DNA of 64,000 nt, taken from NCBI GenBank assembly GCA_016181845.1, contig JACOYO010000003.1:16185-80184 (forward strand), written 5' to 3'. The notes beneath the pieces were generated by a model that saw only the letters and a list, made by a program, of their open reading frames with translations, ran no database searches and had not been told where the DNA came from. A program made the position numbers and the translations under genes. Position 1 is the stretch's first letter, and each line of letters starts with the position of its first letter. Of this stretch, positions 54,478 to 63,322 are shown in pieces. The DNA is from Parcubacteria group bacterium. GTDB taxonomy: Bacteria > Patescibacteriota > Minisyncoccia > Phycocordibacterales > 21-14-all-47-15.

Positions 54478-56211
54478 TTGCGAAAAATTTTTAACGCCGT
54501 TGCTTTGTATTGCTATATTCTTTTTCTATCGTCAGAAGCTCAAGCCTTCATTAAACAAAAAGAAATAGCGCTCACGTTTGATGACGAGATACGCTCTGCC
54601 CTCTTTTTTGGCAATGGCGGCCTATCGGAAACCTTAAAAGAAAATGACGCGCATGCGACTTTTTTTGTTTTGGGCTATCAGGTAAAGTCTTCTCCGGAAC
54701 TTTTCAAAACTCTCACGGCCCAAGGACATGAGATTGAAAATCACACATGGGGGCATGAAAATCTTTCCAAACTGGTAACACAGGGGGGTGTTGAAGTCGC
54801 GTTAAAAAACATTGAGAAGACGTCGTCTGAAATTCTATCTGTAACAGGACGCCGGCCAACTTTTTTACGCCCGCCGTATTGGGCGATGCCGAAAGATTTG
54901 AAAGTGGCTCTCGAAAAAACCGGCTATCGGGTGATGATGATTGGAAGTCCTGATATCAATACGCTCGATTATGAAGATGCCGACAAGAAGCGCCCGTCAT
55001 CAGTGCTTGCATCGCGAGTGATAAAAATAATAACCAAACGAGAAACGCACGGCACCTATCGGCATGTCTTGGTATTTCACCAGACGCCACAAACGAGAGA
55101 TACGTTAAGAGAAATTCTTCCGATACTTCGGCGGCAAGGATACAGTTTTGTCACGCTTCAAAAGTTTTTTACTCTTCCCGAAAAAGCGGCACAAGAAATA
55201 GATATTTTTGTTCAATATGTTTCTCTCGCAAAACCTCCACTCATTTCAGAAATACCGGTGCGCGCGCTTTATTTGAGCATTGATAACCTCTCGAACAAAA
55301 AGAAAATCGCTTCCATTGAGCGTATTCTTGAAACAACCGATGCGAATGCCTTGGTTATTGATTTCAAAATTGACGCGATTGCACCTGAAAAAATAATTCG
55401 TGGACTCTTAGCGCAATTCAAAAAATCAAAGATGTATCTGATCGCAAGAATCAGTGTCATGCAAGATTCCCGCTTCGCGCGACGCAATCCAGGCGTAGCG
55501 TTACATCGGCCGGATGGCAGCCTTTGGTGGAGCGGACGAAAAGAATGGGGGCGATACTGGGTAGACCCGGCAAGTCCAGAAGTTTTGGCCTACGCCATTG
55601 AGGTCGCGAAGCGCGCGGTAGACCTTGGATTTGATGAAATCAATTTTGATTACATCCGCTTCCCCACTGACGGCGACCTCCGTTCAATCGTGTATCCGAT
55701 TTATAATCCGAACACGGCAACAAAATCGTCAGTCATGAATCGTTTTTCGAGCGAACTCACGAAGGCATTGAGGTCCTACCGCCCGCATATCAAACTTTCC
55801 ATTGACCTTTTCGGCGAAGTAGTCGCGTTTGGTCATGAAAAAGAAATCGGACAAGAACTTTCTGGAGCCGCGACATATTTTGACGTCGTCGCTCCGATGG
55901 CATATCCGTCTCATTATCGCTGTGGCGAGTTCGGATTAAAAGACCCGACCGCGCACCCGTACCTGGTGTATATAAAAACGCTTGCTCCGGCAAAAAAATT
56001 TCTTGCAAAAAACTATCCAAAGGTAATTATTCGTCCTTGGATTCAGGCGTTTAGCATACCGAGCATTTATCGGTGCGGCCCTTACGTACCCTACGGACCT
56101 GAAAAGATACGAGAGCAAATTCAAGCAGGCATGGACCTTGATATTTCCTCCTTTATGCTCTGGAATGCCGGAAGTATTTACTCACCGCAATACTTTCTGG
56201 CAAAACAATAA
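54478..56211 (+). CDS. PgaB/IcaB-like polysaccharide deacetylase (CE4 NodB domain) with a C-terminal glycoside-hydrolase-like domain
   Basis: TTG start behind AAGGAGG. CE4 motifs LTFDDE and NHTWGHE; the C-terminal ~300 aa resemble the PgaB C-terminal (GH-like/DUF4015-type) domain. Confidence 0.6.
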   Translation: MRKIFNAVALYCYILFLSSEAQAFIKQKEIALTFDDEIRSALFFGNGGLSETLKENDAHATFFVLGYQVKSSPELFKTLTAQGHEIENHTWGHENLSKLVTQGGVEVALKNIEKTSSEILSVTGRRPTFLRPPYWAMPKDLKVALEKTGYRVMMIGSPDINTLDYEDADKKRPSSVLASRVIKIITKRETHGTYRHVLVFHQTPQTRDTLREILPILRRQGYSFVTLQKFFTLPEKAAQEIDIFVQYVSLAKPPLISEIPVRALYLSIDNLSNKKKIASIERILETTDANALVIDFKIDAIAPEKIIRGLLAQFKKSKMYLIARISVMQDSRFARRNPGVALHRPDGSLWWSGRKEWGRYWVDPASPEVLAYAIEVAKRAVDLGFDEINFDYIRFPTDGDLRSIVYPIYNPNTATKSSVMNRFSSELTKALRSYRPHIKLSIDLFGEVVAFGHEKEIGQELSGAATYFDVVAPMAYPSHYRCGEFGLKDPTAHPYLVYIKTLAPAKKFLAKNYPKVIIRPWIQAFSIPSIYRCGPYVPYGPEKIREQIQAGMDLDISSFMLWNAGSIYSPQYFLAKQ

Positions 56212-56218
56212 CTGATCC

Positions 56219-56262
56219 AAAAACCCCGCGCGCCAGAATACTACGCGGGGTTTCTTTTTTTA
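56219..56262 (+). terminator. intrinsic terminator
   Basis: aaaaccccgcg...cgcggggtttcttttttt. Confidence 0.6.
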
Positions 56263-56286
56263 TATTTTTAGAAAAACTTTTACAAA

Positions 56287-56520
56287 TCGTGAATTACGAA
56301 ACTCTCTTTTTGACACGGCCGCAGGGTTGAAAAGCGAAGAAGCTTTTCAAAACCTTTTGAGATATATTGCGAGTTTGAGAAGCAATATATCCAAAAGGTG
56401 TACTGCTCATGTAATGAGAGGAGCTTGGTTTTTGCGAAGCAAAATACGAGCCCGAGGACAAGCGAGGCCGCCGCTGGAAGCGGCCGAGCGGTGTCAAAAA
56501 GAGAGTTTCGTAATTCACAG
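56287..56520. mobile_element. MITE-like element: 28-bp perfect terminal inverted repeats flanked by a 7-bp direct repeat TTACAAA
   Basis: TIR-L gtgaattacgaaactctctttttgacac (56290-56317). TIR-R gtgtcaaaaagagagtttcgtaattcac (56491-56518). TTACAAA at 56280-56286 and 56521-56527. The GC-richer core of about 170 bp has no ORF. Confidence 0.5.
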
Positions 56521-56547
56521 TTACAAACAGACGGATTATATGCAATA

Positions 56548-57813
56548 ATGCTCTTATCTATGGATTCAGTTCGCGACATTGCAACCCTAACCGCTCTTTT
56601 TTTCTCGCTTTATTTTGAGATTTTTATGCTGATTACCTATTTGGAACGCAGAAAAATCTTGCATGAACGAGTGCGCTTGCCAACAGATACACACGCTGGT
56701 CTTCCAGGGGTAACCATCATTGTGCCCTGCTACAACGAAGAAAACACGCTCACAAAGACAGTGGAGTCATTGCTAAATGTAGACTACCCGAAAGACAAAC
56801 TGCATATATTGGCAATCAACGATGGCTCCACCGATGATACCGCGCTCGTACTTAAAAAATATATCGGTCATCCGCAAATAAAAGTTATCAATAAAGAAAA
56901 CGGGGGCAAACACACGGTTCTCAACCTCGGCATCGCGCGCGCCACGACCGATTTTGTCGGCTGTCTTGATGCTGATTCATACGCCAAACCAGACGCACTT
57001 ATTCGTCTTATGCGGCGTTTTGAAAATCCTCTCGTCATGGCGGTAGTGCCGTCGCTCCACGTCTCAAGCGCGGAAACACTTATCCAAAAAATGCAGTTAG
57101 TGGAATATGTTATCGGCACCTTTTTGCGAAGCATTCTTGGCGAATTAAACGCGCTATACGTCACCCCGGGACCGTTTTCTATTTTCAGAAAAAGCGTATT
57201 TGAAACTATCGGCTATTACAAACAAGCGCACAACACCGAGGATATGGAAATGGCGCTCCGCATGCAATCGCACGGTCTCATGATTGCAAGCGCCCATGAT
57301 GCCGTCGTCTACACCTCATCGCCGCGCACTCCGAAAACGCTCTACCGCCAGCGCGTGCGGTGGGTGTCGGGCTTTCTAAATAATGTGCGGGATTACCGCC
57401 ACATGCTCTTTCGCTTTCGTTATGGACATATCGGCGGTTTTATTCTGCCAATGATGCTTCTTTCAACGGCAACGGTGTTGTTTGTTGTGTCTATGTTTGC
57501 TTATGATATTTTTCTGATAACAAAGGAGACCGTATTCCGTTTTGAAGCGCTCAATACGAAAATATTTGAATTGTCGCATCCAATATGGAACTGGTTTTTC
57601 TTTTACACCTCTCCCGCGCTATTCGCCGGAGCCGCCGTCTTTTTTGTACTGCTTTGTTTTATTATCATCGGAGCCACGCTATCAAAGAGCAATTACCGCC
57701 TTACGACATTTGACATCGCCTGCTACGCCTTCCTCTACTCGCTCATCGCGCCATTTTGGATTATTCGCTCGCTTGCAAATGTCGCCTTGCGCAAACAATC
57801 CGCGTGGCGATAA
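56548..57813 (+). CDS. family-2 glycosyltransferase, PgaC/IcaA-like processive beta-glycan synthase
   Basis: Start moved to MLLSMDS, downstream of the MITE. GT2 motifs INDGSTDDT, CLDADS (DxD) and QRVRWVSG (QxxRW); TM helices at both ends. Confidence 0.7.
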   Translation: MLLSMDSVRDIATLTALFFSLYFEIFMLITYLERRKILHERVRLPTDTHAGLPGVTIIVPCYNEENTLTKTVESLLNVDYPKDKLHILAINDGSTDDTALVLKKYIGHPQIKVINKENGGKHTVLNLGIARATTDFVGCLDADSYAKPDALIRLMRRFENPLVMAVVPSLHVSSAETLIQKMQLVEYVIGTFLRSILGELNALYVTPGPFSIFRKSVFETIGYYKQAHNTEDMEMALRMQSHGLMIASAHDAVVYTSSPRTPKTLYRQRVRWVSGFLNNVRDYRHMLFRFRYGHIGGFILPMMLLSTATVLFVVSMFAYDIFLITKETVFRFEALNTKIFELSHPIWNWFFFYTSPALFAGAAVFFVLLCFIIIGATLSKSNYRLTTFDIACYAFLYSLIAPFWIIRSLANVALRKQSAWR

Positions 57814-57825
57814 CCCTCTCATCAT

Positions 57826-58482
57826 ATGCAAAAAGATTGGAAAAAATACGCGCTCGCTCTCGCTATCACTGCCGCCATTTTTATCACCGCGATAAGCATC
57901 AGCTCGTTGATAGACAACAAACGAGTAGACGAAATCCGCTCAATGCAAGATTCTATCTCTTTGAGCATTCTTTCTTCTGAAACGCAATTCAATTTACTGA
58001 AACAGGCTTCGTGCGACGACCTTTTCAGCTCCGAGCTCGGAAAAGAATTGGGGGATATGTCCGACCGCCTTTCATACATGGAATCAGCGGGCCGCGGCGA
58101 AGACCCCGACATTATAATACTGAAGCAATATTATTCACTGCTTGAAATAAAAGATTATATTTTGATAAGCTCCGCAAATAAATGTAAACATCCGCCGACC
58201 ATCGTGCTCTATTTCTACCGTGCTGATTGCCCCGACTGCGACAAGCAGGGCGATGTGCTTACCTACATCCGCCAGCATTACCCCGACAATATCCGCATCT
58301 ATTCGTTTGATTATGATTTGAATGTTTCAGCAATAAAAACGCTCGCCACTCTTTATAAAATAAAAGAGCCGCTCCCGGCATTTGTCGTAAGCGGCAAAAC
58401 ATATAACGGCTTCCATTCCGTAGAAGACATGCAAACGCTCGTACCGCAACTCGCCACGACTAGTGTAGAAAAAGTGAAATAA
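57826..58482 (+). CDS. membrane-anchored thioredoxin-fold thiol:disulfide oxidoreductase
   Basis: N-terminal TM anchor; CxxC active site in YFYRADCPDCDKQ. Confidence 0.65.
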   Translation: MQKDWKKYALALAITAAIFITAISISSLIDNKRVDEIRSMQDSISLSILSSETQFNLLKQASCDDLFSSELGKELGDMSDRLSYMESAGRGEDPDIIILKQYYSLLEIKDYILISSANKCKHPPTIVLYFYRADCPDCDKQGDVLTYIRQHYPDNIRIYSFDYDLNVSAIKTLATLYKIKEPLPAFVVSGKTYNGFHSVEDMQTLVPQLATTSVEKVK

Positions 58483-58484
58483 TT

Positions 58485-58994
58485 TTACCGCCCTGCTTTC
58501 TGCTGTTGTTTATACACAAAAAACCACAGATAGAGCGTAATGAGCAAAACGATATCGGGAATAAAAATTATCGGTTCCGACCAGGGAATGCCGTTGACTT
58601 CAAAATGAGAAACTGGCCAGAGGAACGGCGTCGGAAAAAAGGCGTATGAATGCGTGCCGATATCAAAAAGAATGTGGAGACCCCACGCGTACATCGGCAA
58701 AAACGGTTTGCCGAGCAATTTCCACACAATTAAAAATACAACGGCAAAAATAATAATACTGTGCGTGACATTATATAATTGCACTATATACTCGGGAATC
58801 ACTACGGTGCTCGGCGGCTCAACACCATTATTGAAATGCGGGAAGACCGCAAAACCAAAAAGCGCTACAACAAAAAATATCCCGAATGAAAATAAATCTG
58901 GCGCAATACCGAAGAAAAATGACTGCCAAAACTGGCGGCGTGTTCGCCTGCCAAACGCAAGCGACCCCCATAACCCGTGAGAAAGAATGTCCAT
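58485..58994 (-). CDS. YdjM-like membrane-bound metal-dependent hydrolase (DUF457)
   Basis: MDILSHGLWGSL... N-terminus and His-rich TM segments are typical of DUF457. Confidence 0.5.
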   Translation of the reverse strand: MDILSHGLWGSLAFGRRTRRQFWQSFFFGIAPDLFSFGIFFVVALFGFAVFPHFNNGVEPPSTVVIPEYIVQLYNVTHSIIIFAVVFLIVWKLLGKPFLPMYAWGLHILFDIGTHSYAFFPTPFLWPVSHFEVNGIPWSEPIIFIPDIVLLITLYLWFFVYKQQQKAGR

Positions 58995-59059
58995 GGTTTA
59001 ATTATATCCTATTTTAGTCCACCAATCATAACTCCTGCGAAGGACGGTCCTTCACGGAT

Positions 59060-59099
59060 TTCGGAGCCTAAGTTGTTCTAACTGCCCGACAGGGATTCG
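59060..59099. repeat. 40-bp direct repeat copy 1 containing a 19-bp copy of the tRNA-Gln 3' end
   Basis: tcggagcctaagttgttctaactgcccgacagggattcg; identical copy at 59250-59289. Confidence 0.6.
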
Positions 59100-59249
59100 G
59101 TCACAAATAATTTTTTTACAAAAAATTTTCGCGACCCCGGCTCGGCCTCGACTTCTCCGCTTCGCTACGAAGTCGGCTTCGCGGCCTGCGCCTTTCTCAT
59201 CCCTGCGGCGCAGAGAACACCGAGAACACCCAAGTCTCCAATGCTCCGC

Positions 59250-59289
59250 ATCGGAGCCTAAGTTGTTCTAACTGCCCGACAGGGATTCG
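59250..59289. repeat. 40-bp direct repeat copy 2 (tRNA-Gln 3'-end fragment)
   Basis: Identical to 59060-59099. An inverted TTCGAATCCCTG fragment also lies at 59369-59380. Confidence 0.6.
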
Positions 59290-59430
59290 AACATTACATG
59301 TTCAGTACAGGTTTCCCATTTTTTCGCCATGCTTGCGAGCATGCCTCAAAAATATGGGAGAACCTTTTCGAATCCCTGACGAAAGTGCCATCGGGCACTT
59401 TCTTCCGTCATTTCTTCGCTTCGCTCCGAA

Positions 59431-59501
59431 CTGCCCGACAGGGATTCGAACCCCAATTAACGGCTTCAAAGGCCGCTGTCCTACCATTAGACGATCGGGC
59501 A
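59431..59501 (-). tRNA. tRNA-Gln (anticodon UUG)
   Basis: Manual fold of the reverse complement. Acceptor UGCCCGA/UCGGGCA has U1:A72, as in bacterial tRNA-Gln. D-stem GUCU/GGAC; anticodon stem GCGGC/GCCGU with loop CUUUGAA; T-arm UGGGG-UUCGAAU-CCCUG; discriminator G; CCA not encoded. Confidence 0.7.
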
Positions 59502-59506
59502 ACAAA

Positions 59507-60559
59507 TTATTTTTCTTCTTTTTCTTCGCCTGCTATACGTATGAGTGCCAACTCAAGCGGCAATTCCGGAATGACAAATTTTCCGACCGACTGATACGCG
59601 GTGATAAGCTCCGAGAGCACTGCTGAATTGAGCGCCGCGGTCTTGTCTTTCGCCAAGCTCTCCGCAAACGCAAAGTCTTCGGCGGTCAATTCTTCTATAA
59701 TCGCCTCTTTCATATCCGTCGCGAAACGAAGCAAAAGCGCCGCGCGGAGCTTCTGCAAGATTAAATAAAGATAGAGCTTCATGTCAATACCGGCGCTTGC
59801 CGCCTTGCGCGCCGAGGCAATCCCCATACTTGCGTCTTTCCCCGCCACGGCTTTCACAAAATCATTCACTAATTCCGACGACGGCGCGCCGGTTATCATT
59901 TCAACATGCGCGTGCGGGATTTTTTTGCCTTCAGCCGAGCCAAGCACTTTTTGCAAAACGCCCTGCGCGTCGCGGAACGACCCTTCGCCCAAAAGCGCTA
60001 TCAGATCGGCCGACGCGCTCTCAAGCTTCACCCCTTCCTCTTCCGCCACTTTCGCAATCATTTTTTTCAAGATTGATTGTGTCGGCTTTTTGAAATGGTA
60101 GGTCTGACAGCGCGACACGATAGTTTCTGGCAGTTTGTGTAGTTCGGTCGTTGCCAAGATAAACACGGCGTGTGCCGGCGGCTCTTCTAGCGTCTTCAAC
60201 AGCGCGTTGAACGCTTCTTTGGTGAGCATATGTACTTCGTCAATAATGTAGACTTTGTATGGCGACTCAAACGGAAACGTACGCACTGATTCGCGCAATT
60301 CGCGGATATCATCAATCCCGCGGGTAGACGCCGCATCCATCTCATAGCAATCTTTGTCGGTGCACCCGATAGTCCGTGCCACAATCCGCGCGATGCTCGT
60401 CTTGCCCGTGCCTCGGGGCCCAGCAAAAAGATAAGCGTGGGCAATCTTGCCGGAAGCAAGCGCCCGCTCAAGGCCAGCGACCACATGTTCCTGCCCCAGC
60501 ACTTCTTTGAAGTTTTCTGGGCGATATTTGCGATATAATGCCAGTGCTATGTCAGCCAT
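59507..60559 (-). CDS. dnaX: DNA polymerase III subunit gamma/tau, short form (domains I-III)
   Basis: Start moved to MADIALALYRKYRP. Contains ...GQEHV...GKIAHAYLFAGPRGTGKTS (Walker A), DEVHML (Walker B) and the SRCQ box. About 350 aa. Confidence 0.85.
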   Translation of the reverse strand: MADIALALYRKYRPENFKEVLGQEHVVAGLERALASGKIAHAYLFAGPRGTGKTSIARIVARTIGCTDKDCYEMDAASTRGIDDIRELRESVRTFPFESPYKVYIIDEVHMLTKEAFNALLKTLEEPPAHAVFILATTELHKLPETIVSRCQTYHFKKPTQSILKKMIAKVAEEEGVKLESASADLIALLGEGSFRDAQGVLQKVLGSAEGKKIPHAHVEMITGAPSSELVNDFVKAVAGKDASMGIASARKAASAGIDMKLYLYLILQKLRAALLLRFATDMKEAIIEELTAEDFAFAESLAKDKTAALNSAVLSELITAYQSVGKFVIPELPLELALIRIAGEEKEEK

Positions 60560-60632
60560 AACCGCCAGTATAACAAAAAAAACCGCACTTTTGAATGGTG
60601 CTGGGAGCGCCATTCAAAAGTGCGGCGTGTCT

Positions 60633-60932
60633 CTATTCGTGAAGGTAAATAATTTTCCATCCACGCGGAAGAGTAAGTTGATTCCTTGAAGCTTGATAGC
60701 AGGTATTGCATTGCAGAGAGTGCTTGATAACCTCATTGCTTTTCACAACGTTTTTGAAAAGGATTTTCCGCCCGCACTTCGTTACAAAAACGGTCTCCGG
60801 GTCATAATCTTTTGACCCATCTATCAAAACAATCGCATGAATGCGTGTTTGTTCCTCCGGATATTTCTTCATTTTTTTCCACCATTTTCTTTTTCGTATT
60901 GGTAAAAAAATTAAATATTCAGGGTCATACAA
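60633..60932 (-). CDS. hypothetical small basic protein
   Basis: 99 aa; overlaps the 3' end of the upstream gene by 22 nt. No motif recognised. Confidence 0.2.
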   Translation of the reverse strand: MYDPEYLIFLPIRKRKWWKKMKKYPEEQTRIHAIVLIDGSKDYDPETVFVTKCGRKILFKNVVKSNEVIKHSLQCNTCYQASRNQLTLPRGWKIIYLHE

Positions 60933-61771
60933 TAAACCGACCCTCCGCCTTTTTTTATTTCTGCCATATCTGCTTCATACACGATAAACCCACGCGCTTT
61001 TAATTCATGGGAAAGTTTTCTCGTCCCCTTCGCCATGATGATATTATTTCCAATCGCGAGGAGATTACACCCAAACGCGCACGCGTCCGCTTCCGTCACT
61101 TCTATTTTATTTATCGGGAGCGCCGAGATAACGGTGAGAGATTCTTTATCAAAGGCCCCCGGATAATATACGAGCGCATCCTTTGTATCTACACCATCTC
61201 CTGATATCGGCATAAACGCCGTGTCAAGATGATAGAATCGCTCATCTACCAGTTTGAGCGGGATGATATCCGCTTCCATGCGTGCTTCATCAAGCGCGTA
61301 TTGAAGATGCGTCAACGTATCTTTCGGCGCACGAAATCCATGCCCAAAAAATAACTGATTGCCACAAAATATAGCTTCGCCGCCGCCCTCAAACGTCACT
61401 CCCATGGGCAACACGATTACCTCAAATCCGTTTTGCTCAAACCATTGCCGATAAAACTTCTGCTCATCCTGCCTCTCTCTGTGTTTGAATGAAGCAAGAA
61501 TGACCTGTTTCTTTTCGGAATCGCCATGCGATGGAAGCACAAGACCGGCGTTTCTGACAAAAAACATATCGGGCAAATCGGCTTGATGGTTAATGCAGGA
61601 AATGTGGGCATTACAAAATTCAATATACTTACACACTCCTTCCAATTCCATTTGGACCAGAGCATAATCAATAGTGTGTTTTTCTTTCATCCACACATTG
61701 ATATTTCTATAATCCTTAGGATACTGCAATAAATTACCCGGACACATGAGGATATTCGTTGCTTTTTCCAT
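60911..61771 (-). CDS. amidinotransferase-superfamily protein (DDAH / arginine-deiminase-like)
   Basis: C-terminal GGGSVYCMTL places a catalytic Cys in the superfamily-typical GGGxxxCMT context. 286 aa. Confidence 0.6.
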   Translation of the reverse strand: MEKATNILMCPGNLLQYPKDYRNINVWMKEKHTIDYALVQMELEGVCKYIEFCNAHISCINHQADLPDMFFVRNAGLVLPSHGDSEKKQVILASFKHRERQDEQKFYRQWFEQNGFEVIVLPMGVTFEGGGEAIFCGNQLFFGHGFRAPKDTLTHLQYALDEARMEADIIPLKLVDERFYHLDTAFMPISGDGVDTKDALVYYPGAFDKESLTVISALPINKIEVTEADACAFGCNLLAIGNNIIMAKGTRKLSHELKARGFIVYEADMAEIKKGGGSVYCMTLNI

Positions 61772-61854
61772 AAGATGGCACCTCCATTGCTGTACAATTA
61801 TTCATTGTTATCAAACATCACCTTTCTTGTACGCTACAAGAAATAGATTATCGT

Positions 61855-61889
61855 GTCAAAAAAACCAGCGCTACACAATGTAGCGCTGG
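61855..61889 (-). terminator. intrinsic terminator of the lyase gene
   Basis: ccagcgctaca-caa-tgtagcgctgg, with a T-tract on the minus strand. Confidence 0.55.
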
Positions 61890-61911
61890 GAGGCATAAGA
61901 AAAAAATTAAA

Positions 61912-63288
61912 TTAGAGTATTTCCTTAAATCTTGCTTGGAAAAATCGGAGCGTTTGGGGCGCGTAAATCATCTTGAGTCCGCGAATTGCTCTGCGTTTTT
62001 TATACAGCGCGATAATACTATCGGCAACGTAATCCAGATGCTCGCGCGTATAAACACGACGCGGAATAGTTAGGCGCACAAGCTCCAAACCGTCGTATGG
62101 TTCATCACCATGCTGACCTGAAACGATCCCACGTTCCATACTGCGCACTCCTGATTCAGCGTATATCGCCGCGGCAAGCGCCTGCGCCGGAAATGCTTTT
62201 TGAGGAATGTGCGGCACAAATCGCTTCGCATCCAAAAATACCGCGTGCCCGCCGACAGGGGTCACAATCGGCACGCCAGATTTTTCCAGCCGCTCGCCCA
62301 GTGCTTCCACCTGCCCGACCCGATGCGCGATATAATCATCGTCGGTCATTTCTTGAATACCGCGCGCCATCGCCTCAAGGTCGCGCCCGGCAAGCCCGCC
62401 GTAAGTATGCAGGCCTTCCCAGATGACCACAAGCTCGCGCATTTTTTGAAACACTTTTTTGTCGCGCAATGCGATGAAGCCGCCGATGTTCACAAGCGCG
62501 TCTTTTTTTGCCGACACCGTCACCCCATCCGCAAACGAACAGATTTTTCGGACAATCTTTTTTACCGATGTGCACCGATATCCTTTTTCACGCTGTTGTA
62601 TGAAATACGCATTCTCCACCAGACGTGTTGCGTCAATATAGAGCGGAATATTATATTTTTTTGAAATCGCGCGCACGGATTGCAAATTTTTTATTGAGAA
62701 CGGCTGACCGCCAGCCATATTCACGCACGCTTCCATACTGATGTACGGGATTTTCACTCCTTCTTTTTTTGCTTTGAGAATAAGCGCGAGTAATTTTTTG
62801 GTATCAATGTTTCCTTTGAAAAGAGAGCTATTTCTTGGGTCAATCGCCTGCGCAACAGACACATCGTGCCATACCCCACCCGCGAGTTCTTGATGCGCGC
62901 GGCGTGTCGTGAAATAGAGATTATTTGGAATCCAGTCGCCTTTTCCGATAAGCGCTTTTGACATGATGTGCTCGGCGCCGCGGCCTTGATGCGTCGGCAC
63001 CGTATATGGAAATCCATACACTTCTGCGATTACTTCTTTCAAATGCGTGAAATTTTTACTCCCCGCATACGCTTCATCACCAAGCATCATACCCGCCCAT
63101 TGATTGTCCGACATGGCGCTCGTGCCTGAATCGGTGAGGAGGTCAATAAACACATCTTCAGATTGAAGTTCAAATGTGTTAAACCACGCTTCTTGTATCG
63201 CATGCTTACGTGCTTCGTGAGAAATGAGGCGAATCGGCTCTATTGATTTGATCTTAAACGGCGGCGGTAAGATAATCTTTTTGCCCAT
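61912..63288 (-). CDS. beta-eliminating lyase (tryptophanase / tyrosine phenol-lyase family), PLP-dependent
   Basis: 458 aa. The PLP-Lys sits in ...VTVSAKKDALVNIGG...; the N-terminal ...FKIKSIEPIRLISHEARKHAIQEAWFNTF... is typical of TnaA/TPL. Confidence 0.8.
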   Translation of the reverse strand: MGKKIILPPPFKIKSIEPIRLISHEARKHAIQEAWFNTFELQSEDVFIDLLTDSGTSAMSDNQWAGMMLGDEAYAGSKNFTHLKEVIAEVYGFPYTVPTHQGRGAEHIMSKALIGKGDWIPNNLYFTTRRAHQELAGGVWHDVSVAQAIDPRNSSLFKGNIDTKKLLALILKAKKEGVKIPYISMEACVNMAGGQPFSIKNLQSVRAISKKYNIPLYIDATRLVENAYFIQQREKGYRCTSVKKIVRKICSFADGVTVSAKKDALVNIGGFIALRDKKVFQKMRELVVIWEGLHTYGGLAGRDLEAMARGIQEMTDDDYIAHRVGQVEALGERLEKSGVPIVTPVGGHAVFLDAKRFVPHIPQKAFPAQALAAAIYAESGVRSMERGIVSGQHGDEPYDGLELVRLTIPRRVYTREHLDYVADSIIALYKKRRAIRGLKMIYAPQTLRFFQARFKEIL

Positions 63289-63322
63289 AAGACACCTCCT
63301 TTGTCAAATAACGCTTTTGTCT

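Noticed and set aside
56398-56547. Track N-terminus of the GT2 ORF (MYCSCNERSLVFAKQNTSPRTSEAAAGSGR...)
   Set aside because: This extension lies inside the MITE-like element and has no SD. The in-frame ATG at 56548 (MLLSMDS...) just downstream of the element is the more plausible start.
59300-59400. A second tRNA gene on the plus strand (TTCGAATCCCTG at 59369-59380)
   Set aside because: Only a T-loop/T-stem-like 12-mer is present. No acceptor, D-arm or anticodon arm can be folded around it. It is interpreted as a decayed inverted fragment of the tRNA-Gln 3' end.
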